Positions 28,576-38,941 of a stretch of DNA of 64,000 nt are shown here, piece by piece. The notes below the pieces were generated by a model. The model was not told the DNA's origin. It ran no database searches and was given only the letters and a program-made list of their open reading frames with translations. The DNA is from an uncultured Candidatus Saccharibacteria bacterium. GTDB lineage: Bacteria > Patescibacteriota > Minisyncoccia > Phycocordibacterales > UBA9973. Made by a program: the position numbers and the translations under genes. Positions within the stretch are counted from its first letter, which is position 1. Each line of letters begins with the position of its first letter. The DNA lies in the NCBI GenBank assembly GCA_964527235.1, contig CAZGNC010000002.1:146381-210380 (forward strand). The letters run 5' to 3'.

Positions 28576-29346
28576 ATGGCAAAGAAGAAAATAATCATTG
28601 GAAATTGGAAAATGAACCCATTGTCAACCAAGGAAGCAGATAAATTGCTTGGTGGTGTGGCAAAAAATATCCCAACACTTAAAAATACTGAAGTTGTGGT
28701 TTGTTCCCCGTTTATTTATATAGATAGACTTAAAAAAGTTTCAAAAAAAATATCCCTAGGTGCCCAAGATGCTTTCTTGGGTGATGTTGGCGCTTTCACT
28801 GGTGAAATTTCTCCAGCAATGCTCTATGAACTAGGAGCACGTTATGTAATATTGGGGCATTCTGAAAGACGGGCAATGGGGGAGACAGATGAACTCATAA
28901 ATAAAAAAGTTAAAGCTGCATTGGCTAGTAGTTTGACTCCAGTGCTGTGTGTGGGTGAGCTATTACGTGACGATACTCATGGGCATTTTGAAATTGTTAA
29001 ATCTCAAATTAAAGAATGTCTAAAGGGCATACCAAAGAATTCTATTTCTCGCGTAATTATTGCTTACGAGCCAGTTTGGGCAATATCTTCAACACCCAAT
29101 CGTAGAGATGCAACACCAGCGGACTCACTAGAAATGGCTATTTTTATTCGCAGAGTTCTCTCAGACTTGAGTAATCCTGTTGTTGCGAAAGAAACTAGAG
29201 TTATATATGGTGGTTCTGTAAATGAACGCGATGCAGGTGATTTTCTAGACAATGGGGGAGTAGATGGACTTTTAGCTGGTCGGGCGAGTTTAGACCCAAA
29301 GAAATTTTCTGAAATTGTAAAAAAATGCGAAGCATCGAAAAAATAA
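28576..29346 (+). CDS. tpiA: Triosephosphate isomerase
   Basis: GNWKMN, GHSERR, AYEPVWAI, YGGSV. Confidence 0.97.
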   Translation: MAKKKIIIGNWKMNPLSTKEADKLLGGVAKNIPTLKNTEVVVCSPFIYIDRLKKVSKKISLGAQDAFLGDVGAFTGEISPAMLYELGARYVILGHSERRAMGETDELINKKVKAALASSLTPVLCVGELLRDDTHGHFEIVKSQIKECLKGIPKNSISRVIIAYEPVWAISSTPNRRDATPADSLEMAIFIRRVLSDLSNPVVAKETRVIYGGSVNERDAGDFLDNGGVDGLLAGRASLDPKKFSEIVKKCEASKK

Positions 29347-30389
29347 AAAATTTAAAAGGCAAAAAAGTTTTACTCCGAGTAGATTTCAACGTGCCAGTCG
29401 TGGACGGCAAGGTAGTAGACGATTTTAGAATCAAGAAATCTCTACCTACGATTAAATACCTACTCAAGCAGGGTGCAGTTGTGACGCTGGTGACTCATCT
29501 AGGCAAAGATGGATCTGAGAGTTTGGCGCCTGTGGTTGCGCGTTTCTTTGAAATATCTAAAATTCAGCAATCAAAAATCAAATTTTATGAAAATGTAAGA
29601 AAGTTTTCCGGGGAAGAGAGTAATGACTCTGAGTTTGTAAAAGAGCTTGCTAGTGAGGGGGACATTTTTGTTAATGATGCTTTCTCAGTGTCACACAGAA
29701 GTCATGCTTCAGTGGTTGGGGTTGCTAAGCTTTTACCTTCATATGCTGGCTTTCAGCTTGAGGCTGAGGTAACAAATCTTTCTAAAGCAATAAAAAAGCC
29801 GGCTCACCCATTTGTGTTTATTCTCGGTGGCGCCAAGTTCTCTACAAAGATGCCTTTAATACAAAAATACCTAAAGTCGGCGGATTTCGTCTTTGTCGGC
29901 GGGGCTTTAGCGAATGATTTCTTTAAAGCACAGGGTTACGAAGTTGGGCGTTCACTCGTCGATGATGCTAGATATGATTTAGCTAAAATTTTAAAGAATA
30001 AAAAATTAATTTTACCAGTTGATGTAGTGGTAGAAAATGGAGGTAATCTATCAAATAAAAAGTTAAACGAAATCAGTCCCGAAGATAAAATAATAGATGT
30101 CGGCAGTGAATCTATAGAAAGATTAAAACCTATAATACAGAAAGCGAAATTAGTGCTTTGGAATGGCCCGATGGGTGTGTATGAGTCTGGTGGCGATGTG
30201 TACTCTAAAAAACTTTTGAAAATAATAGCTGGAAGTAAGGCAGAAAGCATCATTGGCGGGGGAGACACTGTTGCTCTGGTCTCTGAAATGAAAATCGAGA
30301 AAAAAATATCTTTTGTATCCACCGGTGGTGGCGCTACTTTAGACTTTCTGGCGAACGGTACTTTGCCTGGGATTAAAGCTCTTGGCTAA
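29325..30389 (+). CDS. pgk: Phosphoglycerate kinase
   Basis: RVDFNVP, NDAF, GGAK, WNGPMG, GGGDT, STGGGA. Confidence 0.96.
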   Translation: MRSIEKIKNLKGKKVLLRVDFNVPVVDGKVVDDFRIKKSLPTIKYLLKQGAVVTLVTHLGKDGSESLAPVVARFFEISKIQQSKIKFYENVRKFSGEESNDSEFVKELASEGDIFVNDAFSVSHRSHASVVGVAKLLPSYAGFQLEAEVTNLSKAIKKPAHPFVFILGGAKFSTKMPLIQKYLKSADFVFVGGALANDFFKAQGYEVGRSLVDDARYDLAKILKNKKLILPVDVVVENGGNLSNKKLNEISPEDKIIDVGSESIERLKPIIQKAKLVLWNGPMGVYESGGDVYSKKLLKIIAGSKAESIIGGGDTVALVSEMKIEKKISFVSTGGGATLDFLANGTLPGIKALG

Positions 30390-30789
30390 TTGCCTTTGCC
30401 ATTTCGTCTTTTTCTCCTTCTTTATATTTATCTTTACCAACCCAGACGCCGAATCCGTCGTCTTTGAATCTAGGAATTATGTGTATATGTGAGTGAAATA
30501 TGACCTGCCCAGCGCTAGCGTCGTTGTTCATTATTACGTTTATTCCATCAGCATTTCGGGCTTTTTTGATTGCCGTAGCTAGGGTTTTTGAGATTTTTAT
30601 CATGTGGACCAGTGTGTCTTCGGGGGTTTCGTGTATGTTTTCGAAGTGTTTTTTAGGTATTACTAGAGTATGACCTAGATTTACTGGGTGTATGTCTAAA
30701 AATGCTAAGATTTCGTCATTTTCATAGACTTTACTTGAGGGAAGTTCACCTCTAACTATTTTACAGAAAATGCAGTTTTCATTATTCAT
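30373..30789 (-). CDS. HIT family nucleotide hydrolase
   Basis: CIFCKI, GHTLVIPK, GQVIFHSHIH histidine triad; start taken at MNNEN. Confidence 0.93.
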   Translation of the reverse strand: MNNENCIFCKIVRGELPSSKVYENDEILAFLDIHPVNLGHTLVIPKKHFENIHETPEDTLVHMIKISKTLATAIKKARNADGINVIMNNDASAGQVIFHSHIHIIPRFKDDGFGVWVGKDKYKEGEKDEMAKAISQEL

Positions 30790-30825
30790 AATAATATTGT
30801 AGCAAACTATGTTAAAATTGCATTT

Positions 30826-32475
30826 ATGCAAAAGTATGGAGATTTACTGCAAGAGATTTTCCTTAAAAGAGGGATTACGGATGTTGTGCAAGCTCAGGCT
30901 TTTATAGATCCAAGTTATGAGAGGGATATGCACGATCCATTCAAGATGCGAGATATGGAGAAGGCATGCGTGAGAGTCTTCGAAGCAATAGAAGGCGATG
31001 AAAAAATAGTAATTTATGCAGACTATGATTGTGACGGCATTCCCGGAGCAGTAATTTTGCAGGATTTATTTAAAAAAATAGGTTATAAAAATTTTGAAGT
31101 TTATATTCCGCAGAGAAATTCAGAGGGTTACGGTTTGAATATGTCGGCGATAAAACAGTTTGTAGAAGCGGGGGTTAAACTTTTGATAACTATCGACCTA
31201 GGTATCACTGCGGTGGATGAAGTGGCGCAGGCAGAAGTGGACGGGATAGATGTGATTATTACTGATCATCACTTACCTCATGAAATTTTACCCCGTGCAT
31301 ATGCAATTCTTAATCCTAAGGTTGATGATTATCCTGAGAAGATGCTCTGCGGGGCAGGGGTGGCGTTTAAACTTGCTCAAGGGTTTATAAAGAAATATGG
31401 TGAATACTTTAAATTAAAAGATGGGGTTGAGAAATGGATGCTCGATATGGCAGGACTCGCTACGCTCTCTGACATGGTCCCACTATTGGGTGAGAATAGG
31501 GCTATCGCTCACTTCGGGCTCAAGGTGTTGCGTAAATCTCCACGACCAGGGTTGCAGAAGCTTCTCAAGAAAATGAGCATAGATCAGAGATATCTAACCG
31601 AAGACGATGTGGGGTTTATGATTACCCCTAGACTCAACGCTGCTTCACGTATGGATAACCCAATGCGAGCCTTCGAACTTCTCTCGACAGAGGATGAAAT
31701 AGAAGGTGATGCACTCGCAACCCACCTGTCTAAGATAAATGACGATCGCAAGACAATAGTTACTAGCATAATGCGTGATGTGAATAAGAAATTTGAAACA
31801 CGAGAGATGCGAGAGGTTGTTGTGGTGGGTAATCCATCGTGGCGGGTGGGAGTTCTAGGATTGGTGGCGGGTAAAATTTCAGATTTATACAGCAAGCCTG
31901 TGTTTGTGTGGGGCAAAGACGAAAATGATTGTATTAAAGGTTCTTGTCGCTCTGATGGCTCAGTCTCAGTGGTAGAGCTTATGACTGATGCTAGTGAATT
32001 CTTCGTTGATTTTGGCGGACATGAGTTGGCGGGAGGGTTTACTGTGCATAGTGATAAGATTCATTTTCTCGAAGAAGCTCTGTCGAGTTCTTATAGTAAG
32101 GTGAAAAAAGATAAAGCTGAAAGTGATGTGGCTTGTGATGTTAAAACTGCTCTTAGTGTGGTTAGCATGAAGAACTGGCGAGAGCTAGAGAAGTTAGCGC
32201 CATTTGGTTTTGGTAATCCCAAGCCAGTTTTTCTTTTCGAGAATGTGAAAATAGAGAAACTGAAAAAGTTCGGCAAGAATGGTTCAGGGGAGCATCTGGA
32301 AATAATTTTCTCTGATGCAAGCCAACGGGTGCCAGCTATTTCGTTTTTCTCTAATCAAGATTCATTTCAGAAGCCCCTAGCTGAGGGTCTATCGGCGAAT
32401 CTGCTGGCAACTTTTGACCTATCGAGATTTAGAGGCAGGGAGGAGCTAAGGCTTCGAGTTGTTGATATAATGTAA
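30826..32475 (+). CDS. recJ: ssDNA exonuclease RecJ
   Basis: DYDCDG, TDHH, PRLNAASR, KGSCRS, GGHELAGG, LAPFGFGNPKP. Confidence 0.95.
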   Translation: MQKYGDLLQEIFLKRGITDVVQAQAFIDPSYERDMHDPFKMRDMEKACVRVFEAIEGDEKIVIYADYDCDGIPGAVILQDLFKKIGYKNFEVYIPQRNSEGYGLNMSAIKQFVEAGVKLLITIDLGITAVDEVAQAEVDGIDVIITDHHLPHEILPRAYAILNPKVDDYPEKMLCGAGVAFKLAQGFIKKYGEYFKLKDGVEKWMLDMAGLATLSDMVPLLGENRAIAHFGLKVLRKSPRPGLQKLLKKMSIDQRYLTEDDVGFMITPRLNAASRMDNPMRAFELLSTEDEIEGDALATHLSKINDDRKTIVTSIMRDVNKKFETREMREVVVVGNPSWRVGVLGLVAGKISDLYSKPVFVWGKDENDCIKGSCRSDGSVSVVELMTDASEFFVDFGGHELAGGFTVHSDKIHFLEEALSSSYSKVKKDKAESDVACDVKTALSVVSMKNWRELEKLAPFGFGNPKPVFLFENVKIEKLKKFGKNGSGEHLEIIFSDASQRVPAISFFSNQDSFQKPLAEGLSANLLATFDLSRFRGREELRLRVVDIM

Positions 32476-32479
32476 ATCT

Positions 32480-32944
32480 ATGCAGAAAGATAAAATAATA
32501 ATTTACACAGACGGCGCAGCTAGGGGGAACCCTGGTAAGGCAGGCTGGGGGGTAGCAGTGCTTAAAGATGGCAAGGAGCTCTTTGAAGCTGGGGGGCGAA
32601 GTGAGCACGCGACCAATAATCAGATGGAACTAACTGCTGCGATAGAAGCGTTGAAATATTTAAAAAATCATAAAATTAATGAGGCTGTAATTTTTGCCGA
32701 TTCTAAATATGTGATTCTAGGCATAACGGAGTGGATTTTCGGCTGGCAGAAAAACAATTGGCGCAATGCGGCCAAGAAGCCAGTGGTAAATCGTGAACTT
32801 TGGGAAGAGTTGTATGATTTGGCAAAAGACTTAAATTTAAAGTGGGAATACGTCGAAGGGCACAGTGGCGATAAATGGAACGACCGGGTTGACCTTATCG
32901 CTACGAGCTTCGCCGACAATGAGCCAGTCGAGCTAAAGAAATAA
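32480..32944 (+). CDS. rnhA: Ribonuclease HI
   Basis: YTDGAARGNPG, TNNQMEL, DSKYV, GHSG..WNDRVD. Confidence 0.95.
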   Translation: MQKDKIIIYTDGAARGNPGKAGWGVAVLKDGKELFEAGGRSEHATNNQMELTAAIEALKYLKNHKINEAVIFADSKYVILGITEWIFGWQKNNWRNAAKKPVVNRELWEELYDLAKDLNLKWEYVEGHSGDKWNDRVDLIATSFADNEPVELKK

Positions 32945-32948
32945 ATTT

Positions 32949-33506
32949 ATGGAAGGCCCAATTAACAGACAAGAGAACCTAGACATAAAAGTAAGGATTG
33001 CAGGGCCTGAGGATTGGCAATCTTATCGCGATTTAATTTTAGAAGCCATAGATAGCCCAGACCAAGAAATGTTTAACTTAACACCCGGAGAAGAAGAGTC
33101 AGAACAGAGAAAAAAAGAAGATAAAGAAAAAACTGAAGAAAAATGGAGAGCAGAGGTTTCAGATACAAATGAAAGATTCGTTGTTTTGTCTTTTGTTAAA
33201 GAAGAAGGTGTCGGTATGGGGGTTGCTATGAGATACGCTGTAGAGGATGAAAAAGATACATGGAAGATTAGTTTTGGCTATGTAAAGAACAAATTTAGAA
33301 ATTTAGGAATTCAAAAAAAGATTATTGAAGCTAGGTTAGATGAGATAAAGAAAAGAGGTGGCAAGAAAGTTGTTGTGCTAGTAAAGGCTCATAATGCGGC
33401 ATCGATCGGTAATTTAGAAAAATTTGGGTTTGGAAAGGTAAGGCCCACTAGGTTAAAGTCTGATGGTAGCCCCATTGGGTATGTTATGGTATTAGAACTA
33501 AGTTAA
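32949..33506 (+). CDS. GNAT family acetyltransferase
   Basis: V..KFRNLGI acetyl-CoA motif and N..SI...EKFGF. Confidence 0.8.
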   Translation: MEGPINRQENLDIKVRIAGPEDWQSYRDLILEAIDSPDQEMFNLTPGEEESEQRKKEDKEKTEEKWRAEVSDTNERFVVLSFVKEEGVGMGVAMRYAVEDEKDTWKISFGYVKNKFRNLGIQKKIIEARLDEIKKRGGKKVVVLVKAHNAASIGNLEKFGFGKVRPTRLKSDGSPIGYVMVLELS

Positions 33507-33512
33507 GTTTTC

Positions 33513-34988
33513 ATGAGGGATAAAATTTTCTATTCATCTTGTTTCGGCTTTGTGTTTGGGGTGCTTTTGGGTTCTTTCTTCTATTTAGATATATTTATTG
33601 TTTTGCTGATTGCCTTGTTGGTCTTGGCTTCGGCTTTTTTTATAAAAAATAAATTAGGCATACTTAGCAGTATTTTTATCATTGCCTTTGCCGTTGGAAT
33701 TTTTAGATTTCATTTGGCAGACAGACATGCATCTCAATTTTTTGAATCGCGTGTAGAGGAGAAGGCAGAGTATGTTGGGGATATTGTAGATGAGCCTGAT
33801 AAGAGAGTAGATAATCAGAAAATAGTTGTCGCTGTGGGGAGTGGTGATGAGGGGGCAAAAGTTCTAGTAACTACGGATTTTGATTTAAATTTTCATTATG
33901 GCGACCAGGTGAGTATTTCTGGTAAATTAGTGAAGCCTGAGAACTTCACTACTGATCAAGGGAAAGATTTTGACTATATAAATTATTTACGCAAAGATGA
34001 GATAGAGTATGTGATGTTCTATCCAAAGTTAGAAATTCTTGCATCTGGTGGTGGGAATTTTATAAAAAGAAATTTATTTTCCCTGAAAGGGAAATTTGTC
34101 GAGAAAATAAATTCTGCAATCCCGAACCCAGAATCTACTTTGATGGGTGGGCTTATTTTAGGGGAGAGGTCTGCGTTCGATGATGATCTGAGGCAGGCTT
34201 TTGTCGATACTGGGACTATACATATAGTGGCGCTCTCGGGTTACAACGTCACGATAGTGGCTGAGTGGATAATGAAGATGTTTGCTTTTCTACCCAAGAA
34301 CTGGGCTTTTGGTTCGGGGATAATAGGCATTTTGCTTTTTGTGATGATGTCAGGTGCGTCTTCTACGGCGGTGCGGGCGGGGATTATGGCATCTCTCGCT
34401 TTAGTGGCTCGTGCCACTGGACGTACTTATGATGTTGCTAGGATATTGGTTTTGACTGGAGTGGTTATGATTTTATTTAATCCTTTCATATTAGTTTTCG
34501 ATGTTTCTTTTCAGCTTTCGTTTATCGCGACTGTTGCTGTGATATTTCTAGCGCCCAAGATTGAGAAGTATTTTGCTTGGGTGCCAAAGAAGTTTGGTCT
34601 TCGTGATGTGGTGGCTGTTACGTTCTCTGCTTATATCTTTGTTTTGCCTTTCATTCTTTACAAAATGGGTAATCTTTCTCTGGTAGCACTTCCAGCCAAT
34701 ATTTTGATACTACCTTTTATCCCTGTTACTATGCTATTTGGTTTCTTAACTGGAGTTGCTGGCTTCGTCTCTCAGATAGTATCAGTGCCACTAGGTATGA
34801 TATCTTCAGTTTTACTAAAGTATGAGCTACTAGTTGTAGGATTTTTCTCAAGTATTCCTTTCGCGTCTTTAGTAATTCCCAATTTTCCGCTTGTGCTGAC
34901 GCTAGCAATTTATGCCTATTTCGTTTATAGGTTGTTCGGTAGAAGTATAAAAAGTTTCTTTGAGTTTAAAACTACTGAGCCTGCTTAA
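33513..34988 (+). CDS. comEC: ComEC competence channel (membrane part)
   Basis: GTIHIVALSGYNV, SAVRAGIM, DVSFQLSF, many TM helices; no C-terminal MBL domain. Confidence 0.9.
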   Translation: MRDKIFYSSCFGFVFGVLLGSFFYLDIFIVLLIALLVLASAFFIKNKLGILSSIFIIAFAVGIFRFHLADRHASQFFESRVEEKAEYVGDIVDEPDKRVDNQKIVVAVGSGDEGAKVLVTTDFDLNFHYGDQVSISGKLVKPENFTTDQGKDFDYINYLRKDEIEYVMFYPKLEILASGGGNFIKRNLFSLKGKFVEKINSAIPNPESTLMGGLILGERSAFDDDLRQAFVDTGTIHIVALSGYNVTIVAEWIMKMFAFLPKNWAFGSGIIGILLFVMMSGASSTAVRAGIMASLALVARATGRTYDVARILVLTGVVMILFNPFILVFDVSFQLSFIATVAVIFLAPKIEKYFAWVPKKFGLRDVVAVTFSAYIFVLPFILYKMGNLSLVALPANILILPFIPVTMLFGFLTGVAGFVSQIVSVPLGMISSVLLKYELLVVGFFSSIPFASLVIPNFPLVLTLAIYAYFVYRLFGRSIKSFFEFKTTEPA

Positions 34989-35562
34989 AGTTCTCTTCTA
35001 CTACTTCCCAGTTTAGATTTGCGAAGAATGCTTCTACGTATTTCTTCTTCTCTGAGGTTGGGTAGTCATATACATATGCGTGTTCCCACATGTCGAGCGC
35101 GATGATTGGCGTGCATCCTTGGAGCTGACCTAGGTGTTGTTCGTCTACCCAAGAAGCCAAGAATCTTCCACCATCTCTTTTGTCATACCAGAGCATTGCC
35201 CAACCTATTCCTCGAGTTAGGGCCAAATAAGTAAACTCGGAAATAAATTTCTCCATTGAGCCAAACAGACCCACAAGGCTCTTTTTAAGTTCACTATCAT
35301 CTCCTAGAGGTTTTGCTCCACCAGATAGAGAAGAGAAATATAATTCATGGTTGCGGATACCGTTATACTCGAAACTAAATCTTCGAAATAATTCTCCAAC
35401 GATGTAGGGCTCTTTATCGCTATCAAGTACTGCCATCTTCTCCATTATGCCGTTCGCATTTTTCACATACCCCGCATAGAGCTTTAGATGTTCTTCGATG
35501 TTCTTCGCAGAGATACCTTTTAATTCTCCTATATTGAATTTTTTCTCTTCAAATTTTTTCAT
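34972..35562 (-). CDS. Fe/Mn superoxide dismutase family protein
   Basis: EEHLKLY, NHELY, GIGWA, DMWEHAY; start taken at MKKFE. Confidence 0.9.
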   Translation of the reverse strand: MKKFEEKKFNIGELKGISAKNIEEHLKLYAGYVKNANGIMEKMAVLDSDKEPYIVGELFRRFSFEYNGIRNHELYFSSLSGGAKPLGDDSELKKSLVGLFGSMEKFISEFTYLALTRGIGWAMLWYDKRDGGRFLASWVDEQHLGQLQGCTPIIALDMWEHAYVYDYPTSEKKKYVEAFFANLNWEVVEENFKQAQ

Positions 35563-35619
35563 TTCTATTTTGTATGACCTAATAATGTTAATGTAGTGGT
35601 CATGTGATAACATTATACC

Positions 35620-36492
35620 ATGCTTTCTACTGCTAAGAACTATGGATTATTTTGGCTCGCGATCATACTTCTCTGCCTGGTTGGTTTGATTTTCTACCTT
35701 GATTTTACTGAGGCTCATCGCAAGTTTACCTTCGCGATGCTTGATGTCGGGCAGGGTGATGCTTTGTTCATCGAGTCGCCCACAGGTACGCAGATTCTCG
35801 TCGATGGAGGCCCGCCTCGTAGGATACTTGGGCGCCTAGCTCGCGTTATGCCACTTTTTGATCGGACTATTGATGCAATTATTATTACCAACCCCGACCG
35901 AGATCACATGGGTGGGTTCTTGGATGTTTTGAAAACTTATAAAGTAAAGCAAGTTATTGAGCCGGGAACTTCTAATGATGACTCTGCTATCTATCGAGAA
36001 TTAAAAGAGGTGATATCTAAGAAAAATATTCCAACCACTTTAGCGAAAAAGGGCATGCAGATGGACCTAGGTGGGGGAGTATTTCTAGATATATTGTTTC
36101 CTGATAGAGATGTATCTACTTGGACAACCAATGACGGCTCGATTGTCGCGAGACTTTCATACGGCGAGACCTCGATAATGCTTACCGGGGATACTACAGC
36201 TGACACTGAGGAAATAATTCTTAGAGAAAACTCGAAAGCAGTTTTAGATAGCGATATTTTGAAAGTCGCTCATCATGGGTCTAAGACTTCTTCGTCAAAG
36301 TCTTTTGTCGAAGCTGTTTCACCTCAATATGCATTAATTTCAGACGGCAAGAATAATACTTACGGGCATCCTCATCAGCAAACTCTCGATACATTGAGTT
36401 CTCTGGGTGTAGAGGTGTGGAGGACGGATATTTTAGGCACTGTTATTATGAAATCTGATGGGCAAAATGTCACTTTTACGACCCGCAGGTAA
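35620..36492 (+). CDS. ComEC-type metallo-beta-lactamase-fold nuclease, stand-alone with N-terminal TM
   Basis: LDVGQGDA, DRDHMGG, LTGD, KVAHHGS, YGHPH, RTD. Confidence 0.88.
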   Translation: MLSTAKNYGLFWLAIILLCLVGLIFYLDFTEAHRKFTFAMLDVGQGDALFIESPTGTQILVDGGPPRRILGRLARVMPLFDRTIDAIIITNPDRDHMGGFLDVLKTYKVKQVIEPGTSNDDSAIYRELKEVISKKNIPTTLAKKGMQMDLGGGVFLDILFPDRDVSTWTTNDGSIVARLSYGETSIMLTGDTTADTEEIILRENSKAVLDSDILKVAHHGSKTSSSKSFVEAVSPQYALISDGKNNTYGHPHQQTLDTLSSLGVEVWRTDILGTVIMKSDGQNVTFTTRR

Positions 36493-36521
36493 TTGGTTTT
36501 TGTTTGTGATAAAATACTAAT

Positions 36522-37766
36522 ATGAAAGATAAAAAGATAGAAAAATTAATAAAGGGCGAAGCATTGAGGCAGAAGGAAGGGCTTGAATTAATCCCTTCAG
36601 AAAACTATGTCTCGGCAGATGTGTTGGAAGCTAATGGTTCTATTTTTACTAACAAATACTCAGAGGGCTACCCAGGTCGTCGTTACTACGGTGGGCAAGA
36701 ATGGACTGATCAAGTCGAGACTCTGGCTATAGAGCGCGCGAAGAAACTTTTTAAATGTAAATTTGCTAATGTTCAGGCGCATTCTGGTGCTCCGGCAAAT
36801 CTCGCAGTCTACGCTGCACTTCTACAACCTGGAGATACTGTGCTCGGCATGGATCTCTCTCACGGCGGACACTTGACTCATGGACACCCGATGACCCTAC
36901 CTGCGAAGATATATAAATTCGTAACTTACAAAATGAAAAATCCGGAAACAGGTGAAATAGATTACGAAGATATGCGACGCGTGGCGCTAGAGACCAAACC
37001 AAAATTAATTATTGCAGGATTCTCAGCTTATCCGAGAACGCTTAACTATAAAAAGTTCGTAGATATTGCGAAAGAGGTAGGAGCGATAACTATGGCAGAC
37101 ATGGCGCACATCGCTGGGCTTATCGCAGCGGGAGCGCTACGCAATCCATTTGATGATGGCTTTGATATTATAACTTCGACAACCCACAAGACTCTACGTG
37201 GCCCACGCGGGGGACTAATACTTACTCGCGACAACGAAGAGATTGCAAAGAAGATAGATAAAACAATTTTCCCAGGAATTCAGGGTGGCCCACATATGCA
37301 CACCATCGCCGCGAAAGCTGTGGCCTTCGGCGAAGCTATGACACCAGGATACAAAAAGTATGCCAAGCAAATACTGAAAAATGCGAAAGCGATGGAGAAA
37401 GTATTTCATAAAAACAATGTGCGCATGATTGGTGGGGGAACTGACAACCACCTTATTTTGGCTGATGTTTTCGGGTCTCTCGGTGTGACTGGTAAAGAAG
37501 CCCAGACAGTGCTTGATGAAGTAGGTATGACACTTAATATGAACTCTATCGCAGGGGACACTCGTAAGCCTATGGACCCATCTGGTATTCGTTTCGGTAC
37601 TCCGGCTATAACTACGAGAGGATTCAAAGAGAAAGACTGCGCGCAGGTAGCAGAGCTTATAATCCGTACTCTAAAGAACAAAGACAACAAAAAAGAAAAA
37701 GAATTAATTCACAAAGAGATCAAGAAGCTGGCTAAAAGATTCCCTATTCCTAAGAAGTTCGTATAG
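36522..37766 (+). CDS. glyA: Serine hydroxymethyltransferase
   Basis: LIPSENY, NKYSEGYPGRRYYGG, STTHKTLRGPRGG. Confidence 0.97.
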   Translation: MKDKKIEKLIKGEALRQKEGLELIPSENYVSADVLEANGSIFTNKYSEGYPGRRYYGGQEWTDQVETLAIERAKKLFKCKFANVQAHSGAPANLAVYAALLQPGDTVLGMDLSHGGHLTHGHPMTLPAKIYKFVTYKMKNPETGEIDYEDMRRVALETKPKLIIAGFSAYPRTLNYKKFVDIAKEVGAITMADMAHIAGLIAAGALRNPFDDGFDIITSTTHKTLRGPRGGLILTRDNEEIAKKIDKTIFPGIQGGPHMHTIAAKAVAFGEAMTPGYKKYAKQILKNAKAMEKVFHKNNVRMIGGGTDNHLILADVFGSLGVTGKEAQTVLDEVGMTLNMNSIAGDTRKPMDPSGIRFGTPAITTRGFKEKDCAQVAELIIRTLKNKDNKKEKELIHKEIKKLAKRFPIPKKFV

Positions 37767-37772
37767 AAATTT

Positions 37773-38507
37773 ATGCTACAAGGAAAAACTATTCTAATTA
37801 CTGGTTCTTCTCGTGGGATCGGGGCAGAAACCGCTAGACTCGCGAAAGGTTATGGTGCTACTGTGATAGTGCATGGTAAGGAGCCATCTCCTGAACTAGA
37901 TGCAATTGCACAAGAACTTGGTGCTGAGAAAATAATTTGTGATATCGGAGATCGCGAGGCTGTATTTCGGGAAGTTAATAAATTGCTTGAAAAAAATATT
38001 CAGATACATTGCCTTGCAAACGTAGCTGGAGCTGCCAACTCTATGCCATTCATGGATACTAAAGAAGAGGACTGGCTATTTTCTTACAAGACAAATGTAT
38101 TAGGTGTGGTGTACATGTGCCAAGCGACAATTCCTTCTATGCAAAAGCATGGCTACGGAAGAATTGTGAATGTAAGTTCTGTAAGAGCGCACACACAAGG
38201 TACACTTTCTTCTCGATTACCGTATTCGTCTTCTAAGGCGGCCGTATTAAATATCACCGCAGCTTTGGCTAAGGAATATGCGAAAGATGGAATACTTATA
38301 AATTCAGTTTCACCCGCGGGAGTAAATACAGATATTGCGAAAAAATGGGATGAAGCTACTCGAAAAAGAAATTCAGATGTATTGCTTGGGCGCATCGCAG
38401 AGCCGAAAGAAATAGCAGAAGTTATTTGTTTTTTCTTGAGCGACAAGGCGAGTTATGCAACTGGGCAGGATTTTGCCATTGATGGTGGCTATTTAATAGG
38501 GAAGTAG
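37773..38507 (+). CDS. Short-chain dehydrogenase/reductase
   Basis: TGSSRGIG, YSSSK, DGG C-terminus. Confidence 0.92.
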   Translation: MLQGKTILITGSSRGIGAETARLAKGYGATVIVHGKEPSPELDAIAQELGAEKIICDIGDREAVFREVNKLLEKNIQIHCLANVAGAANSMPFMDTKEEDWLFSYKTNVLGVVYMCQATIPSMQKHGYGRIVNVSSVRAHTQGTLSSRLPYSSSKAAVLNITAALAKEYAKDGILINSVSPAGVNTDIAKKWDEATRKRNSDVLLGRIAEPKEIAEVICFFLSDKASYATGQDFAIDGGYLIGK

Positions 38508-38520
38508 ATAAATAACATCT

Positions 38521-38940
38521 ATGGAGCAGAAACCAAAAGTCGGTGTTGGAGTAATGATCTTGAGAGACGGCAAGGTTCTGCTTGGTAGACGCAAGGGTTC
38601 TCATGGGAGCGGGGATTACGCTTTTACTGGAGGTCACCTAGAGTATATGGAGTCATTTGAAGAGTGTGCCAAGCGCGAGACGCGCGAGGAGGCGGGTATA
38701 GAGATAAAGAATGTGCGTTTTAATTGTATTTCAAACATAACTTCACACAAGCCCAAACACTATGTGCACATAGGGGTGGTGGCGGATTGGGCGAGTGGCG
38801 AGCCGAAGGTTATGGAGCCAGACAAACGTGAGGACTGGGGTTGGTATGATTTAGACAATTTACCAACACCGCTTTTTGATTTTTGTATTTTCGAAATCGA
38901 GGCTTATAAGACAGGGCAGAGGTATTTTGATAAAAAATAA
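38521..38940 (+). CDS. NUDIX hydrolase (MutT/NUDT15-like)
   Basis: GGHLEYMESFEECAKRETREEAGI Nudix box, MEPDK. Confidence 0.9.
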   Translation: MEQKPKVGVGVMILRDGKVLLGRRKGSHGSGDYAFTGGHLEYMESFEECAKRETREEAGIEIKNVRFNCISNITSHKPKHYVHIGVVADWASGEPKVMEPDKREDWGWYDLDNLPTPLFDFCIFEIEAYKTGQRYFDKK

Positions 38941-38941
38941 T

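Noticed and set aside
30785-30820. TATGTTAAA resembling the XerD arm of a dif site
   Set aside because: No matching XerC arm at the right spacing; lies in a divergent promoter region
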